64,000 nucleotides of DNA from Saprospiraceae bacterium (GCA_046299435.1 JBKBIC010000001.1:7875-71874), one strand, 5' to 3'. Positions 17,944 through 28,209 are shown, counted from the first letter of the stretch. The notes: generated by a model from the letters alone, not told the origin. A program made the numbers and translations.

Positions 17944-20397
17944 TCACCCCTGCCCGCCGCCTGCCCGCCGTTTTTCGTCCTCCGCGCCGCCTTGCCGCCG
18001 CCTCGCCTGCGCCACCGTGTTTTTCCCGAAACGATAATTGAGGGACAAAGTCGCCACCCGCGTTTCGCGGAACACCTCGAAGGTTTCTTCGTAATCACTG
18101 AACCGGATGGTCGCACTCGGCAAGTTTTGCCAGAAAATATCCGTCACCGCCAGTTTCAAGGTCGCCCGCCGGTCGAGCATCGTTTTTTGGATGCCTGCGC
18201 CGAGACCCCACATGGGGTTTAGGTTCATGAAACCATAGATTTCGCGGGTTTTGTAATTGAAATTGAGTTCCGCCGCCCACTCGTTTTTCAACTTGAAATT
18301 GTGCGTCGTGAAAACGTGCAACACCGTGTTGCCGTCGCGCAGCGGGGTGTTGGCGAGGTTGCCGGCGTATTGGCCGCGCCAAGTGTTGAGGTTGTTCACC
18401 ATGCTCCACCAGCCGGCAACGTCGAAATTGTAGTTCAGCGCGACGCTCCAATATTCCACCGTCGTCAGGTTGCTGTCGGTTTGGATTGTCACACGCTCCT
18501 GCCCGCCGACAGGGGCGATGACCTGCGTGATGTTGTCCGAGGTGCGCGAGTAAGCGAGCGTGGCCGTGAGTTTTTGCCAAAACGTGTGGTTCCATTCCGC
18601 CGACCAAGTGAACTGCGGGTTGAGGTACGGGTTGCCGGAACTGTATGTGCTGGGGTCGAGGAAGGATTTGAAGGGGTTGAGTTGGCGGTAGGTCGGGCGG
18701 TCGAGGCGACGGCTGAGGTTGAGGCCGGTCTCGTATTTTTCGGAAAACTTGTAGCTCAAAAACGCGCTCGGAAACCAGTTCACATAGTTGCGGTCGAACG
18801 ATTCGCCGTTGACCAATTGCGTGCCCTCGGCCCGCGTGTTTTCCATGCGAAGCCCTGCTTGCAGGCTCAATTTTGACCAGTCTTTGCTGGCGTTCAGGTA
18901 GGCTGCGTTGATGTTTTCGCGGTAGATGAAGTGGTTGGAATTGATGCTGTCGAACACGGGCGCAGCGGGGTTGCTGCGGTCGAAAAACTGCAAATCGTTG
19001 TCCGCGTCCACGATGCTGGCTTTTACGCCAGCCTCGATTTTTGCCTTGCCCGCGAGCGGATGCACATAGTCGGCTTTCACGGATTTGATTTGCAAATCGC
19101 CCCGGATGTCGCCCAAAAGCAGGTAATCCGGCTTGATTTGCTCGCCGCCGAGGCCCGTGTAGCGGGTCGTGAAGTTCTGTTCCGTGTTGTTCCAATACTT
19201 TGCAAAATCGAGGTCAGCAGTCAGTTCGCGGCCTTGTGCGCCGAACGTGCGCTTGAAATTGCCATTCAAAGCATACGAATACCAGCGGTCGCGGCTGCGG
19301 TTGCTGGTGCCAAAAAACGACTCGACCGTGTTCGTTTCGCCCTCCACCGACGAAGTGTTTTGGGCGCGGGGGTCGAAGTGGTTAAAGGTGCCGGAGGCCA
19401 CCACGCCGAGCGTCGTTTTTTTGTTCGGGAAAAAATCCGCGCCCGCCCGCGCCATGTGGAGATTGTAGGGGATGGTCAGGTAATTGCGCTGGTTGTATGC
19501 TCCGGTGCGCCCGTTGGCATCGAAAAACTCGCGGTACAGCCGCAGGTCGTTCATGCCCCTTCGGAAGCTGTAATTGTAGCTGCCGAACAAGTTGACCTTC
19601 GGATTGCGGTGGTTGAGGTTGAAGCCCGCGCCAGCCTTTGGGTACACGCCTTGCCCGTAGTTCGTTGAAAACGAGCCGTTTGTGCCCAATTTTTTGTCCT
19701 TTTTCATCCGAATGTCAATGATGCCTGCGTTGCCCGCCGCGTCGTATTTGGCCGAAGGGTTGGTGATGAGGTCAATGCGCTCGATGCTGTTCGAGGGCAG
19801 CGAGCGCAGGAAATTGGACAAATCCGCGCCCGCCAGCGGGCTTGGTTTCCCGTCAATCATCACAATCACGCCCGCTCGCCCGCGCAGCGAAATCGCGTCG
19901 TTCGAGTTGACGACTACGCCCGGCGAGCGTTCCAGCACCTCCAACGCGCTGCTCCCGGTGGCGAGGATGCTGCTTTCCACGTTGACAATCGTGCGGTCGG
20001 GTCGCCGCTCGATGAACGGTTTTTTGGCCGTGACGGTCACTTCGGCGAGCGCGGCGTTTTCGCGCAGGCGAATCGGCGGTAGCGCGACGGGCTGCCCAGC
20101 CACCGCGATTTCTTCGCTGAAATATTTTTCAAAACCGAGCATCGTCACCGACAAACGGTACGCACCGGGCTTGGCCTCCGCGAATCCGAATTGCCCACTT
20201 GCATCGCTCAACTCGACTTTGACGAGCGAACTATCCGCGCTTTTCAGCAGGCTGACCGTCGCGCCTTCGAGGGCTTGGCCGCTGCCGTCGGCCACCGACC
20301 CAGTGAGCGAAATATTTTGGGAAAAAGCCGATTGGGCGGCCACAAAACCGACGAGCACGAGCCAGCCGACGCGCATTTTTTGAACCAAGCATTTCAT
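17944..20397 (-). CDS. Large outer-membrane beta-barrel protein (carboxypeptidase-regulatory-like N-domain plus TonB-receptor-like barrel)
   Basis: Signal peptide, then LTGSVADGSGQALEGATVSLL, a plug-like ISLRGRAGVIVMIDGKP, and a long beta-strand-rich C-terminal region. ATG 20376 (MRVGWLVLV...) is an alternative start. It is a paralog of 59568-62009. Confidence 0.8.
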   Translation of the reverse strand: MKCLVQKMRVGWLVLVGFVAAQSAFSQNISLTGSVADGSGQALEGATVSLLKSADSSLVKVELSDASGQFGFAEAKPGAYRLSVTMLGFEKYFSEEIAVAGQPVALPPIRLRENAALAEVTVTAKKPFIERRPDRTIVNVESSILATGSSALEVLERSPGVVVNSNDAISLRGRAGVIVMIDGKPSPLAGADLSNFLRSLPSNSIERIDLITNPSAKYDAAGNAGIIDIRMKKDKKLGTNGSFSTNYGQGVYPKAGAGFNLNHRNPKVNLFGSYNYSFRRGMNDLRLYREFFDANGRTGAYNQRNYLTIPYNLHMARAGADFFPNKKTTLGVVASGTFNHFDPRAQNTSSVEGETNTVESFFGTSNRSRDRWYSYALNGNFKRTFGAQGRELTADLDFAKYWNNTEQNFTTRYTGLGGEQIKPDYLLLGDIRGDLQIKSVKADYVHPLAGKAKIEAGVKASIVDADNDLQFFDRSNPAAPVFDSINSNHFIYRENINAAYLNASKDWSKLSLQAGLRMENTRAEGTQLVNGESFDRNYVNWFPSAFLSYKFSEKYETGLNLSRRLDRPTYRQLNPFKSFLDPSTYSSGNPYLNPQFTWSAEWNHTFWQKLTATLAYSRTSDNITQVIAPVGGQERVTIQTDSNLTTVEYWSVALNYNFDVAGWWSMVNNLNTWRGQYAGNLANTPLRDGNTVLHVFTTHNFKLKNEWAAELNFNYKTREIYGFMNLNPMWGLGAGIQKTMLDRRATLKLAVTDIFWQNLPSATIRFSDYEETFEVFRETRVATLSLNYRFGKNTVAQARRRQGGAEDEKRRAGGGQG

Positions 20398-20619
20398 CTG
20401 CCGTGAATTTTTGTTGGCCGAAAAAAGGCAGGCGACCGGGCAAATGCTCGGTCAAAATCGGCTGAATAGCAGGCGCGGCGGGTGTTCGGCAGCTTGGCGG
20501 CAGTGAGCGTAGTTTGGTCAAAAATTAGCGATTCGGATTCATAGATGCCTCAAAACGAGTCATTTGGGCGGGTCAATCGTCCGGCGAATCCGCCTTAGAG
20601 GGCGTTTGTATAATTCCCA

Positions 20620-20779
20620 AAAAAGGCTTGGCCCGCGCCCCGCCACGGGGGCCGGCCCACACAGTTTTTAAAACAAAAACAACAACAAAATGCCGCGCCA
20701 CCCGCCTTCTTGGGCTTTTGAATAATACCAAAAAACGGCGGGCCCCGCGACCGCCAGCGGCCGCGGGCCAAGCCTTTTT
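20620..20779. repeat. 18-bp inverted repeat bracketing terminator-like GC hairpins
   Basis: AAAAAGGCTTGGCCCGCG (20620-20637) and its exact complement CGCGGGCCAAGCCTTTTT (20762-20779). GC-rich stems and T/A runs lie adjacent. The right copy follows the caspase gene stop on the minus strand. Confidence 0.7.
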
Positions 20780-20798
20780 CTCATCCAAACTCAACAGC

Positions 20799-22481
20799 TC
20801 AATGCCGCGCCACCGCCACCGGCATATTCGGGTCGTAGGTGCCTTTGATGACCGGGCTTTGGCGGCTGCCTGTGTAGGTGCGGACGTTTTCGTACACATA
20901 ATCGTACAGCTCGGCGACGGTCGTGATGCCGTTTTTGTCTTTGTCAGCCTCGCCTTTCAGCCCCCGGATGAGGAAGTGGCTGAACACGCCCTGCCGCAAG
21001 CCCTGCGATTCGAGCGAGGTCTCGTCGGATTTGGAGGACATGAGCAGCGCGGTGCCGCTGATGGATTTCGCCAGCTGCTGATAATACTGCGAAAGCACCG
21101 GCTCCGTCTCGCCGCTCCGCATGGCGATGATGCTGCCCGAATGGCAAGCATCGGCGACGCAGAGTTTGTACGCGGCGCGGCATTTGCCGAAGCGTTCGGC
21201 CACCTCTTCGTGGAGGATTTTGTTGTTGTAACCGTCGAAATCAATGGGCAGGAAAGAGCCGTTCAGGCCGTGCCCGGAGAAGTAAAAAATGACCAAATCG
21301 CGCTCGCCTGCTTTGGCAAACACCTCGTCCATGCTGTTCAGGATGGTTTCGCGGGTCGCGTCTTCGTCAATCAGCACGCGCACTTGCTCGTCGGGGAGTG
21401 CGCCGCCTTCGAGGCTTTTCAGGAAAGCGAAAAAACGATAGGCATCGTCGTCGGTGTAGCGCAGGGCCGGCATGTGGTTGTACGACGACACGCCCACGAC
21501 CACTGCCCAGACCTTCGTTTCTTGCTTGACTTCTTCGATGGCCTGCTTTTGCTCCTCGGCCACCGGCGCGGAGGGCTGGTAATCGGATGGTGCGTCTTTG
21601 CCCAAAAACTGGCCTTCCTTCCAGTAGCCTGCGACTTCGGTGCCGTCGTGCAGGTATAGCGTACCCTTGCCGTTGAACGCGCCATTGGCCCATTCGCCCC
21701 GGTAGCGGTCGCCGTTGGCATAAGTGCAAACCCCGAAGCCGTTGGCCTCGTTTTCGCGGAAATCGCCGATGTACTTGGCCGAACCTTCCTTGAAAATATA
21801 GGTGCCCTTGCCGTTTTCGCAGTCGCCTTCGATGCATCCGACGCGACCGCTTTCGATTAGGCTGCTGCCGATGTACTCGCCCTCGCGCCACTCGCCGGTC
21901 TCCTGCGAGCCGTCGGCATGGTAGCGGGTGCCTTTGCCGTGCGGATAGTTTTCTTTGAAGTTGCCGATGTATTTGTCGCCGTTGGCAAACCAGAATGTGC
22001 CCCAGCCGTCGAATTTCCCGGCCAAGAACTGCCCTTCGTACTTGGAGCCGTCGGGGTAGGCAAAGATGCCAGCACCCGCCTTGCAATCACCTGAAAGGCA
22101 GCCCGATTGGATGTTGGTGCCGTCGTCCTGCTGCTCCTCTTTTTTCTTGGCGATGTATTCTTCCTGCACGTTTCCTTGCGCGTCCACAGGCTTGCCTTTT
22201 TTCCAGAGGCCCGTGCGCTTGGTGCCGTCGGCGTAGGTTTTGGTGCCTTTGCCGTCGGGGTAGCGGTTTTTCCACTCGCCTTGATATTTGGAGCCATCGG
22301 TGTACTTGCAAGTGCCCACACCGTGAATTTCGCCGTCCTTGAACTCGCCGATGTACTCCGCGCCGGACGGGTACCGGTAAATGCCTTTGCCGTTTTTGCA
22401 GTCGCCGCTCACGCATTGGGCCGACAGTTGCTGGCAGAAAATCAGGAAAAAAATGGGGAGGAAAGCCGTTTTGATGTGCAT
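20799..22481 (-). CDS. Exported MORN-repeat protein with C-terminal caspase-like (peptidase C14, orthocaspase) domain
   Basis: Trimmed to ATG 22481 (MHIKTAFLPIFFLIFCQQLSAQ signal). Three modules each start CxxGDCxxGxG and are followed by YxGxxxxGxxxG MORN units. The caspase domain has the His-Cys dyad (YFSGHG ... VADACHSGS). Confidence 0.85.
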   Translation of the reverse strand: MHIKTAFLPIFFLIFCQQLSAQCVSGDCKNGKGIYRYPSGAEYIGEFKDGEIHGVGTCKYTDGSKYQGEWKNRYPDGKGTKTYADGTKRTGLWKKGKPVDAQGNVQEEYIAKKKEEQQDDGTNIQSGCLSGDCKAGAGIFAYPDGSKYEGQFLAGKFDGWGTFWFANGDKYIGNFKENYPHGKGTRYHADGSQETGEWREGEYIGSSLIESGRVGCIEGDCENGKGTYIFKEGSAKYIGDFRENEANGFGVCTYANGDRYRGEWANGAFNGKGTLYLHDGTEVAGYWKEGQFLGKDAPSDYQPSAPVAEEQKQAIEEVKQETKVWAVVVGVSSYNHMPALRYTDDDAYRFFAFLKSLEGGALPDEQVRVLIDEDATRETILNSMDEVFAKAGERDLVIFYFSGHGLNGSFLPIDFDGYNNKILHEEVAERFGKCRAAYKLCVADACHSGSIIAMRSGETEPVLSQYYQQLAKSISGTALLMSSKSDETSLESQGLRQGVFSHFLIRGLKGEADKDKNGITTVAELYDYVYENVRTYTGSRQSPVIKGTYDPNMPVAVARH

Positions 22482-22525
22482 GTGGGTGCGTTGGATTTTT
22501 GCGTAGAAACAGCGGGCGACGGGTT

Positions 22526-23029
22526 TTATTGTCCGTCCGGGCGATTCCGCCAGAGCATCTGAAAATCGTCCATCACGAATCCGTTGCCGATGGGGATGTC
22601 CACGTTTTGCTCGATGACGAAGCCCATTTTGAAATAAAAGTTGATGCTCTTGAAGTTGCGGCGGTTCACTGTGAGGCGCAGTTCGCGGAGGCCGGGTAGC
22701 TCGGCCAGCAATTTCTGGAAAACCGCCGCGCCGATGCCGCGTCGGTGCTGCGTGTTGTCCACATAAAATTTGTGCAGGAAAAAGCTGCCCGCATCCTTCT
22801 TGCTCACGGCCATGAACCCACTTGGCTCGCCGTCGGTCAAAATCAAGCGAAACACTTGGCCCTCGGCCATTTGACGTTGCAGCGCAGCCTCGGAGTACAT
22901 CAATTCGAGCATGTATTCGACTTGTTCGGTGCCGATGATTTCGGGGTAATGCGCCCACCAGATTTTGTGCGCCAGCTGGCGCAGCACCGGGATGTCGGCA
23001 GTATTTGCGAGGCGAAGTTCGATGTCCAT
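22526..23029 (-). CDS. GNAT-family N-acetyltransferase
   Basis: Trimmed to ATG 23029 (MDIELRLANTADIP...). Acetyl-CoA motif HRRGIGAAVFQKLL, then NRRNFKSINFYFKMGF. It lies 44 nt upstream of the caspase gene on the same strand. Confidence 0.8.
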   Translation of the reverse strand: MDIELRLANTADIPVLRQLAHKIWWAHYPEIIGTEQVEYMLELMYSEAALQRQMAEGQVFRLILTDGEPSGFMAVSKKDAGSFFLHKFYVDNTQHRRGIGAAVFQKLLAELPGLRELRLTVNRRNFKSINFYFKMGFVIEQNVDIPIGNGFVMDDFQMLWRNRPDGQ

Positions 23030-23055
23030 GTCGGCGATGGCGTTTTGTGCCCGCC

Positions 23056-23063
23056 CAAAGTTA
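23056..23063 (-). promoter_or_regulatory. Candidate -7 box (TAACTTTG on the minus strand) for the GNAT-caspase pair
   Basis: CAAAGTTA on the plus strand, 26 nt upstream of ATG 23029. Confidence 0.35.
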
Positions 23064-23279
23064 GCGCGAGTGGGCGGGGTCGTGGCCCGAAGCATGGCCG
23101 GGCTTGGTAATATTTTCAAAAACATTGCTGCCAGAATGTCCCTGCCCTTTGCCTTTTCGGTCAAGTTGGCGCAAATTGCCCCGTCCAAACGGCCCTTCCC
23201 TGTCGTGGAACGCGCTTTGTGGCACGGCTCCCAGAAATCTTTTTCACCCAAAAACTGTTCTCTGCAAAAAAAAGCCGCC

Positions 23280-23747
23280 ATGACCAACGCAACTAAAAAT
23301 TTGACCTTGCCCGCCGATACGCCCCTGTATTTCGACGATTTTATCACCCGCGATGGGTGGCGCACAGGCAGGCAATCATATCCGCTGCAATTCGTGAATT
23401 TGCCTGCGACCAATGTGTTCGAAACGCTGGACGATTTCGTCATCGAAATCGTCGCGCCGGGTCTTTCGCACGAAGACTTGCAAATCGCCACGACCGATTC
23501 GACACTCGATATCCGCTACGAACCGGTCAAAAACAGCCGCTTCGAATCCCTCCAAACGCGCCGCAACTGGCATACCGAATACCGTGCCCTGCCATTCCGC
23601 CGCCAATTCGAGCTGGAAGAAGAGGCGATTGACTTTTCGGGGATGGTGGTGACTTCCGAGCACGGGCGCATCCAATTTGTCATCCCGAAAAAAGGCGACT
23701 ACCGGGGCCGGGTGGCTCCTTTCGTGCCTCGTTTCACGGTGAGCTGA
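23280..23747 (+). CDS. Hsp20/alpha-crystallin-family small heat-shock protein
   Basis: Trimmed to ATG 23280. PATNVFETLDDFVIEIVAPGLSHEDLQIATTDSTLDIRYE ... GRIQFVIPKK fits the alpha-crystallin domain pattern. Confidence 0.7.
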   Translation: MTNATKNLTLPADTPLYFDDFITRDGWRTGRQSYPLQFVNLPATNVFETLDDFVIEIVAPGLSHEDLQIATTDSTLDIRYEPVKNSRFESLQTRRNWHTEYRALPFRRQFELEEEAIDFSGMVVTSEHGRIQFVIPKKGDYRGRVAPFVPRFTVS

Positions 23748-23886
23748 GAAACGGGGCGGGCTAAAAAGCGGAGCGCGAACCGGCGCCTCGGTGGGCGCGG
23801 CGCATTTTTTTTCGGTAAGTGTGAGCACATTGAAAAACGGTTATTGGGGGCCCGCCACCCTCCGCATCGGTTCGCGCTCCGCTTTT

Positions 23887-25683
<1,797 letters not shown>

Positions 25684-25687
25684 TGTT

Positions 25688-25744
25688 CGGTTGACGGTGG
25701 ACGGCTCACGGTAGAGGGTTGTGGTGGCCGTCCACCGTCAACCG
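25688..25744 (-). promoter_or_regulatory. Perfect 17-18 bp stem-loop in the putative lepA leader
   Basis: GGTTGACGGTGGACGGC (25689-25705) and GCCGTCCACCGTCAACC (25727-25743) are exact complements with a 21-nt loop. The base of the stem is 5 nt from the lepA ATG (25683). Confidence 0.6.
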
Positions 25745-25773
25745 TCGCCCGTATGCCGTTTTAAAAAGGCGCG

Positions 25774-25781
25774 CAAAGTTA
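25774..25781 (-). promoter_or_regulatory. Candidate -7 box (TAACTTTG on the minus strand) upstream of lepA
   Basis: CAAAGTTA on the plus strand, 90 nt upstream of the lepA ATG. This would place the 25688-25744 hairpin inside the 5-prime UTR. Confidence 0.35.
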
Positions 25782-25880
25782 GCAGAAAACGCCAAGTTTG
25801 GCGGCCTGCTGCCAAAGGCGTGGCGGCACATTGGAAATATTTGGACAGTTGAAAAATTAGGCGCGACTGAAACGGAGCGG

Positions 25881-26822
25881 TCAATATTTCAGCGCGAGGT
25901 TATGCAGCATGTCGTCGGTCATCGCGTCAAGGTCGAATTCCGGTTTCCAGCCCCAGTCGTGCCGGGCGGCGGAGTCGTCAATCGTTTCCGGCCACGAATC
26001 GGCGATGGCCTGCCGGAAGTCGGGTTTGTGCGTCATCTTGAAGTTGGGCATTTTCCGGCGGATGCTGGCGGCCACTTCGTCGGGCGTGAAGCTCATCCCG
26101 GCCAAGTTGTAGCTCGTCCGCACGGCCAAGCGGTTGGCCGGGGCCTCCATGATTTCGAGCGTGGCGCGGATGGCATCGGGCATATACAACATCGGCAAAC
26201 GTGTGTCGGCGCGCAGGAAACACTCGTAGGGCTTGGCTTGGATGGCATAGTGGTAAATGTCCACCGCGTAATCCGTCGTGCCGCCGCCGGGCATACTTTG
26301 GTGGCCGATGATGCCGGGATAGCGCAGCGAACGCCCGTCCACACCGTATTTCTGCCAGTAATATTGAAGCCAATTTTCGCCGGCCACCTTGCTGATGCCG
26401 TACACCGTTTCGGGGATAAGCGGGCCGTATTGTGGGGTACCGAAGCGACTGGCTTCTTTGCCAAACACCGCGATGGACGACGGAAAATACACTTTGCTCA
26501 AACTGCGCGAGCGAGCCACTTCGAGCACATTGAACAGGCTCCGCATATTGATGTCCCAAGCCTGCATGGGGTTTTGCTCGCCTTTCGCACTCAAAATGGC
26601 TGCGAGATGGTAAATCTGGTTGACCTTCCACTTTTTCACGAGCTCTTCGAGGGCTTGGCCGTCGAGCGCGTTCAGGGTTTCGGTCGGGCCATTGTGCCAT
26701 TCGAGCGGGCGCAGGTCGGTGGCGATGACGTGTTCGCTGCCGTACACGTCGCTGAGGGTCTCGGTCAGGACGGAGCCAATTTGGCCGCCCGCCCCGGTGA
26801 TGAGGATGTTTTCTTTTTTCAT
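25881..26822 (-). CDS. NAD-dependent epimerase/dehydratase-family protein, probably short-chain-type L-threonine 3-dehydrogenase
   Basis: MKKENILITGAGGQIGSVL (Rossmann GxGGxxG), YHLAAILSAKGE, YGISK catalytic Tyr-Lys. The overall pattern resembles UDP-glucose-4-epimerase-like TDH. Confidence 0.75.
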   Translation of the reverse strand: MKKENILITGAGGQIGSVLTETLSDVYGSEHVIATDLRPLEWHNGPTETLNALDGQALEELVKKWKVNQIYHLAAILSAKGEQNPMQAWDINMRSLFNVLEVARSRSLSKVYFPSSIAVFGKEASRFGTPQYGPLIPETVYGISKVAGENWLQYYWQKYGVDGRSLRYPGIIGHQSMPGGGTTDYAVDIYHYAIQAKPYECFLRADTRLPMLYMPDAIRATLEIMEAPANRLAVRTSYNLAGMSFTPDEVAASIRRKMPNFKMTHKPDFRQAIADSWPETIDDSAARHDWGWKPEFDLDAMTDDMLHNLALKY

Positions 26823-26841
26823 GTTTGGTTAAGGCCGGTTT

Positions 26842-27020
26842 CGATTTTGAAATGGCGAGTGCCGATTGGGCAGGATTGGAACGCGGATTGGACGGATTAA
26901 GCGGATTTGCACGGATTTTTTTCAGAAATCAAAACAAACCCGCCTAATCTGCCCAATCTGTTTCATCTGTATCCCAATCCCGCAAACAGGGCAAACATCG
27001 TAAATCGCCATTCCAAAATC
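26842..27020. repeat. Quasi-palindromic array of roughly 10-bp-phased GGATT / AATCC units
   Basis: On the plus strand, CGATT/GGATT occur at 26863, 26873, 26885, 26893, 26903 and 26913. Mirrored AATC occur at 26927, 26946, 26955, 26976, 27003 and 27017. Near-identical ends CCATTTCAAAATCGAAAC (minus) and CCATTCCAAAATCGAAAAAC (plus). Confidence 0.7.
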
Positions 27021-27030
27021 GAAAAACTTT

Positions 27031-27930
27031 TCAGCCCCACAGCGGCTTCGGGTAAAGCCCTTCGTCGGCGAAACGGGCCAGTGCCGATTGCACGGTTTCC
27101 TTGTCTTCGGTGTAGGTCACGCCATACCATTGGCTGTCGCTGTTGAGCACCCGGAGGCGGATTTTCCCAGCCTCTATGAGCGCGTTGACCACTTTGGGGA
27201 TGTAAAACTCGGCCTTCGGGCTATCCATGTTGGCGTGGACGAACTGGCGGAATTGCGCCTCGATTTCGTCCAAAACCGTCGGGTGCAGGCCCCAAAAATT
27301 CATCGAAACAGGCGTGTCGTCGGCCAGCGGGTGTTGGCCGTTTTCATCCAAAAAATGGATGCCGCCGGGTAGCCGCTCGATTTTGGTGCGCTCCTGCACG
27401 TCGGTCAGAAAACCGTCCGCACTGACCGAACAAACACCGCGCGAGACGGCCCCGTTTTCGGAAAGGGTGTTGCCGAGGCGATAGGCCACCATGCCGTAAC
27501 AATCTGGTGCACAGTCGTTTCGGAGAAAATCGGCAATCGTCTTGAACGCGCCTGCGCCGTAAAAATCATCGGCGTTGATGGCCGCAAATGGCTCGGTCAA
27601 GTGGGCTTTCGCGGCGAGGATAGCGTGTGCCGTGCCCCAAGGCTTTTCGCGGTGCGGCAGCTGCGGCAGCCAATCGAGCGCGGTGTCCATTTCCTGAAAA
27701 GCATACTCGACTCGGATTTTTGACTCGATGCGTTGCCCGACTTTTTCGCGGAAAGCGGCCTCGATGTCCTTGCGGATGACGAACACGACCTTGCCAAAAC
27801 CAGCGCGGATGGCATCAAAAACGGAGTAGTCCAAAATGGCCTCGCCGCCCGGCCCCATGCCGTCCACTTGTTTGAGACCGCCGTAGCGCGAGCCGATGCC
27901 GGCAGCCAAAATCAAAAGGGTTGGTTGCAT
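27031..27930 (-). CDS. Sugar-phosphate nucleotidyltransferase (NTP_transferase family)
   Basis: LLILAAGIGSRYGGLKQ (GxGxRxxxxK signature), PWGTAHAI, INADDFYG. Confidence 0.7.
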   Translation of the reverse strand: MQPTLLILAAGIGSRYGGLKQVDGMGPGGEAILDYSVFDAIRAGFGKVVFVIRKDIEAAFREKVGQRIESKIRVEYAFQEMDTALDWLPQLPHREKPWGTAHAILAAKAHLTEPFAAINADDFYGAGAFKTIADFLRNDCAPDCYGMVAYRLGNTLSENGAVSRGVCSVSADGFLTDVQERTKIERLPGGIHFLDENGQHPLADDTPVSMNFWGLHPTVLDEIEAQFRQFVHANMDSPKAEFYIPKVVNALIEAGKIRLRVLNSDSQWYGVTYTEDKETVQSALARFADEGLYPKPLWG

Positions 27931-27968
27931 TTGATTGTTGATTCGGTGATTTGTTGATTCGGTGATTT
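27931..27968. repeat. Perfect tandem 16-mer (GTTGATTCGGTGATTT x2) abutting the nucleotidyltransferase start codon
   Basis: 27937-27952 and 27953-27968 are identical. On the coding (minus) strand the leader reads AAATCACCGAATCAACAAATCACCGAATCAACAATCAA-ATG. Confidence 0.9.
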
Positions 27969-28209
27969 GCGCCCAAAGCCCGCGAAGGATTCCTTTGGAG
28001 ATTGGGTGGTTTGCTGATTTTCAGGCCGATACGACAAATTGGCGCACACTTTTACCTTTACGGCTCAGCCCTCCGGCCCTCGTTTTTGGGGCGGCCAAAG
28101 GTAAACCGACGGCGGGGCGTTTTTTTCATTGGCGATTCGATGATTTGGTTATTCGGCTATTTGAAAGGTACCGCACCGAATCATCAGATGGCCGAATTAC
28201 CAACCCAAC

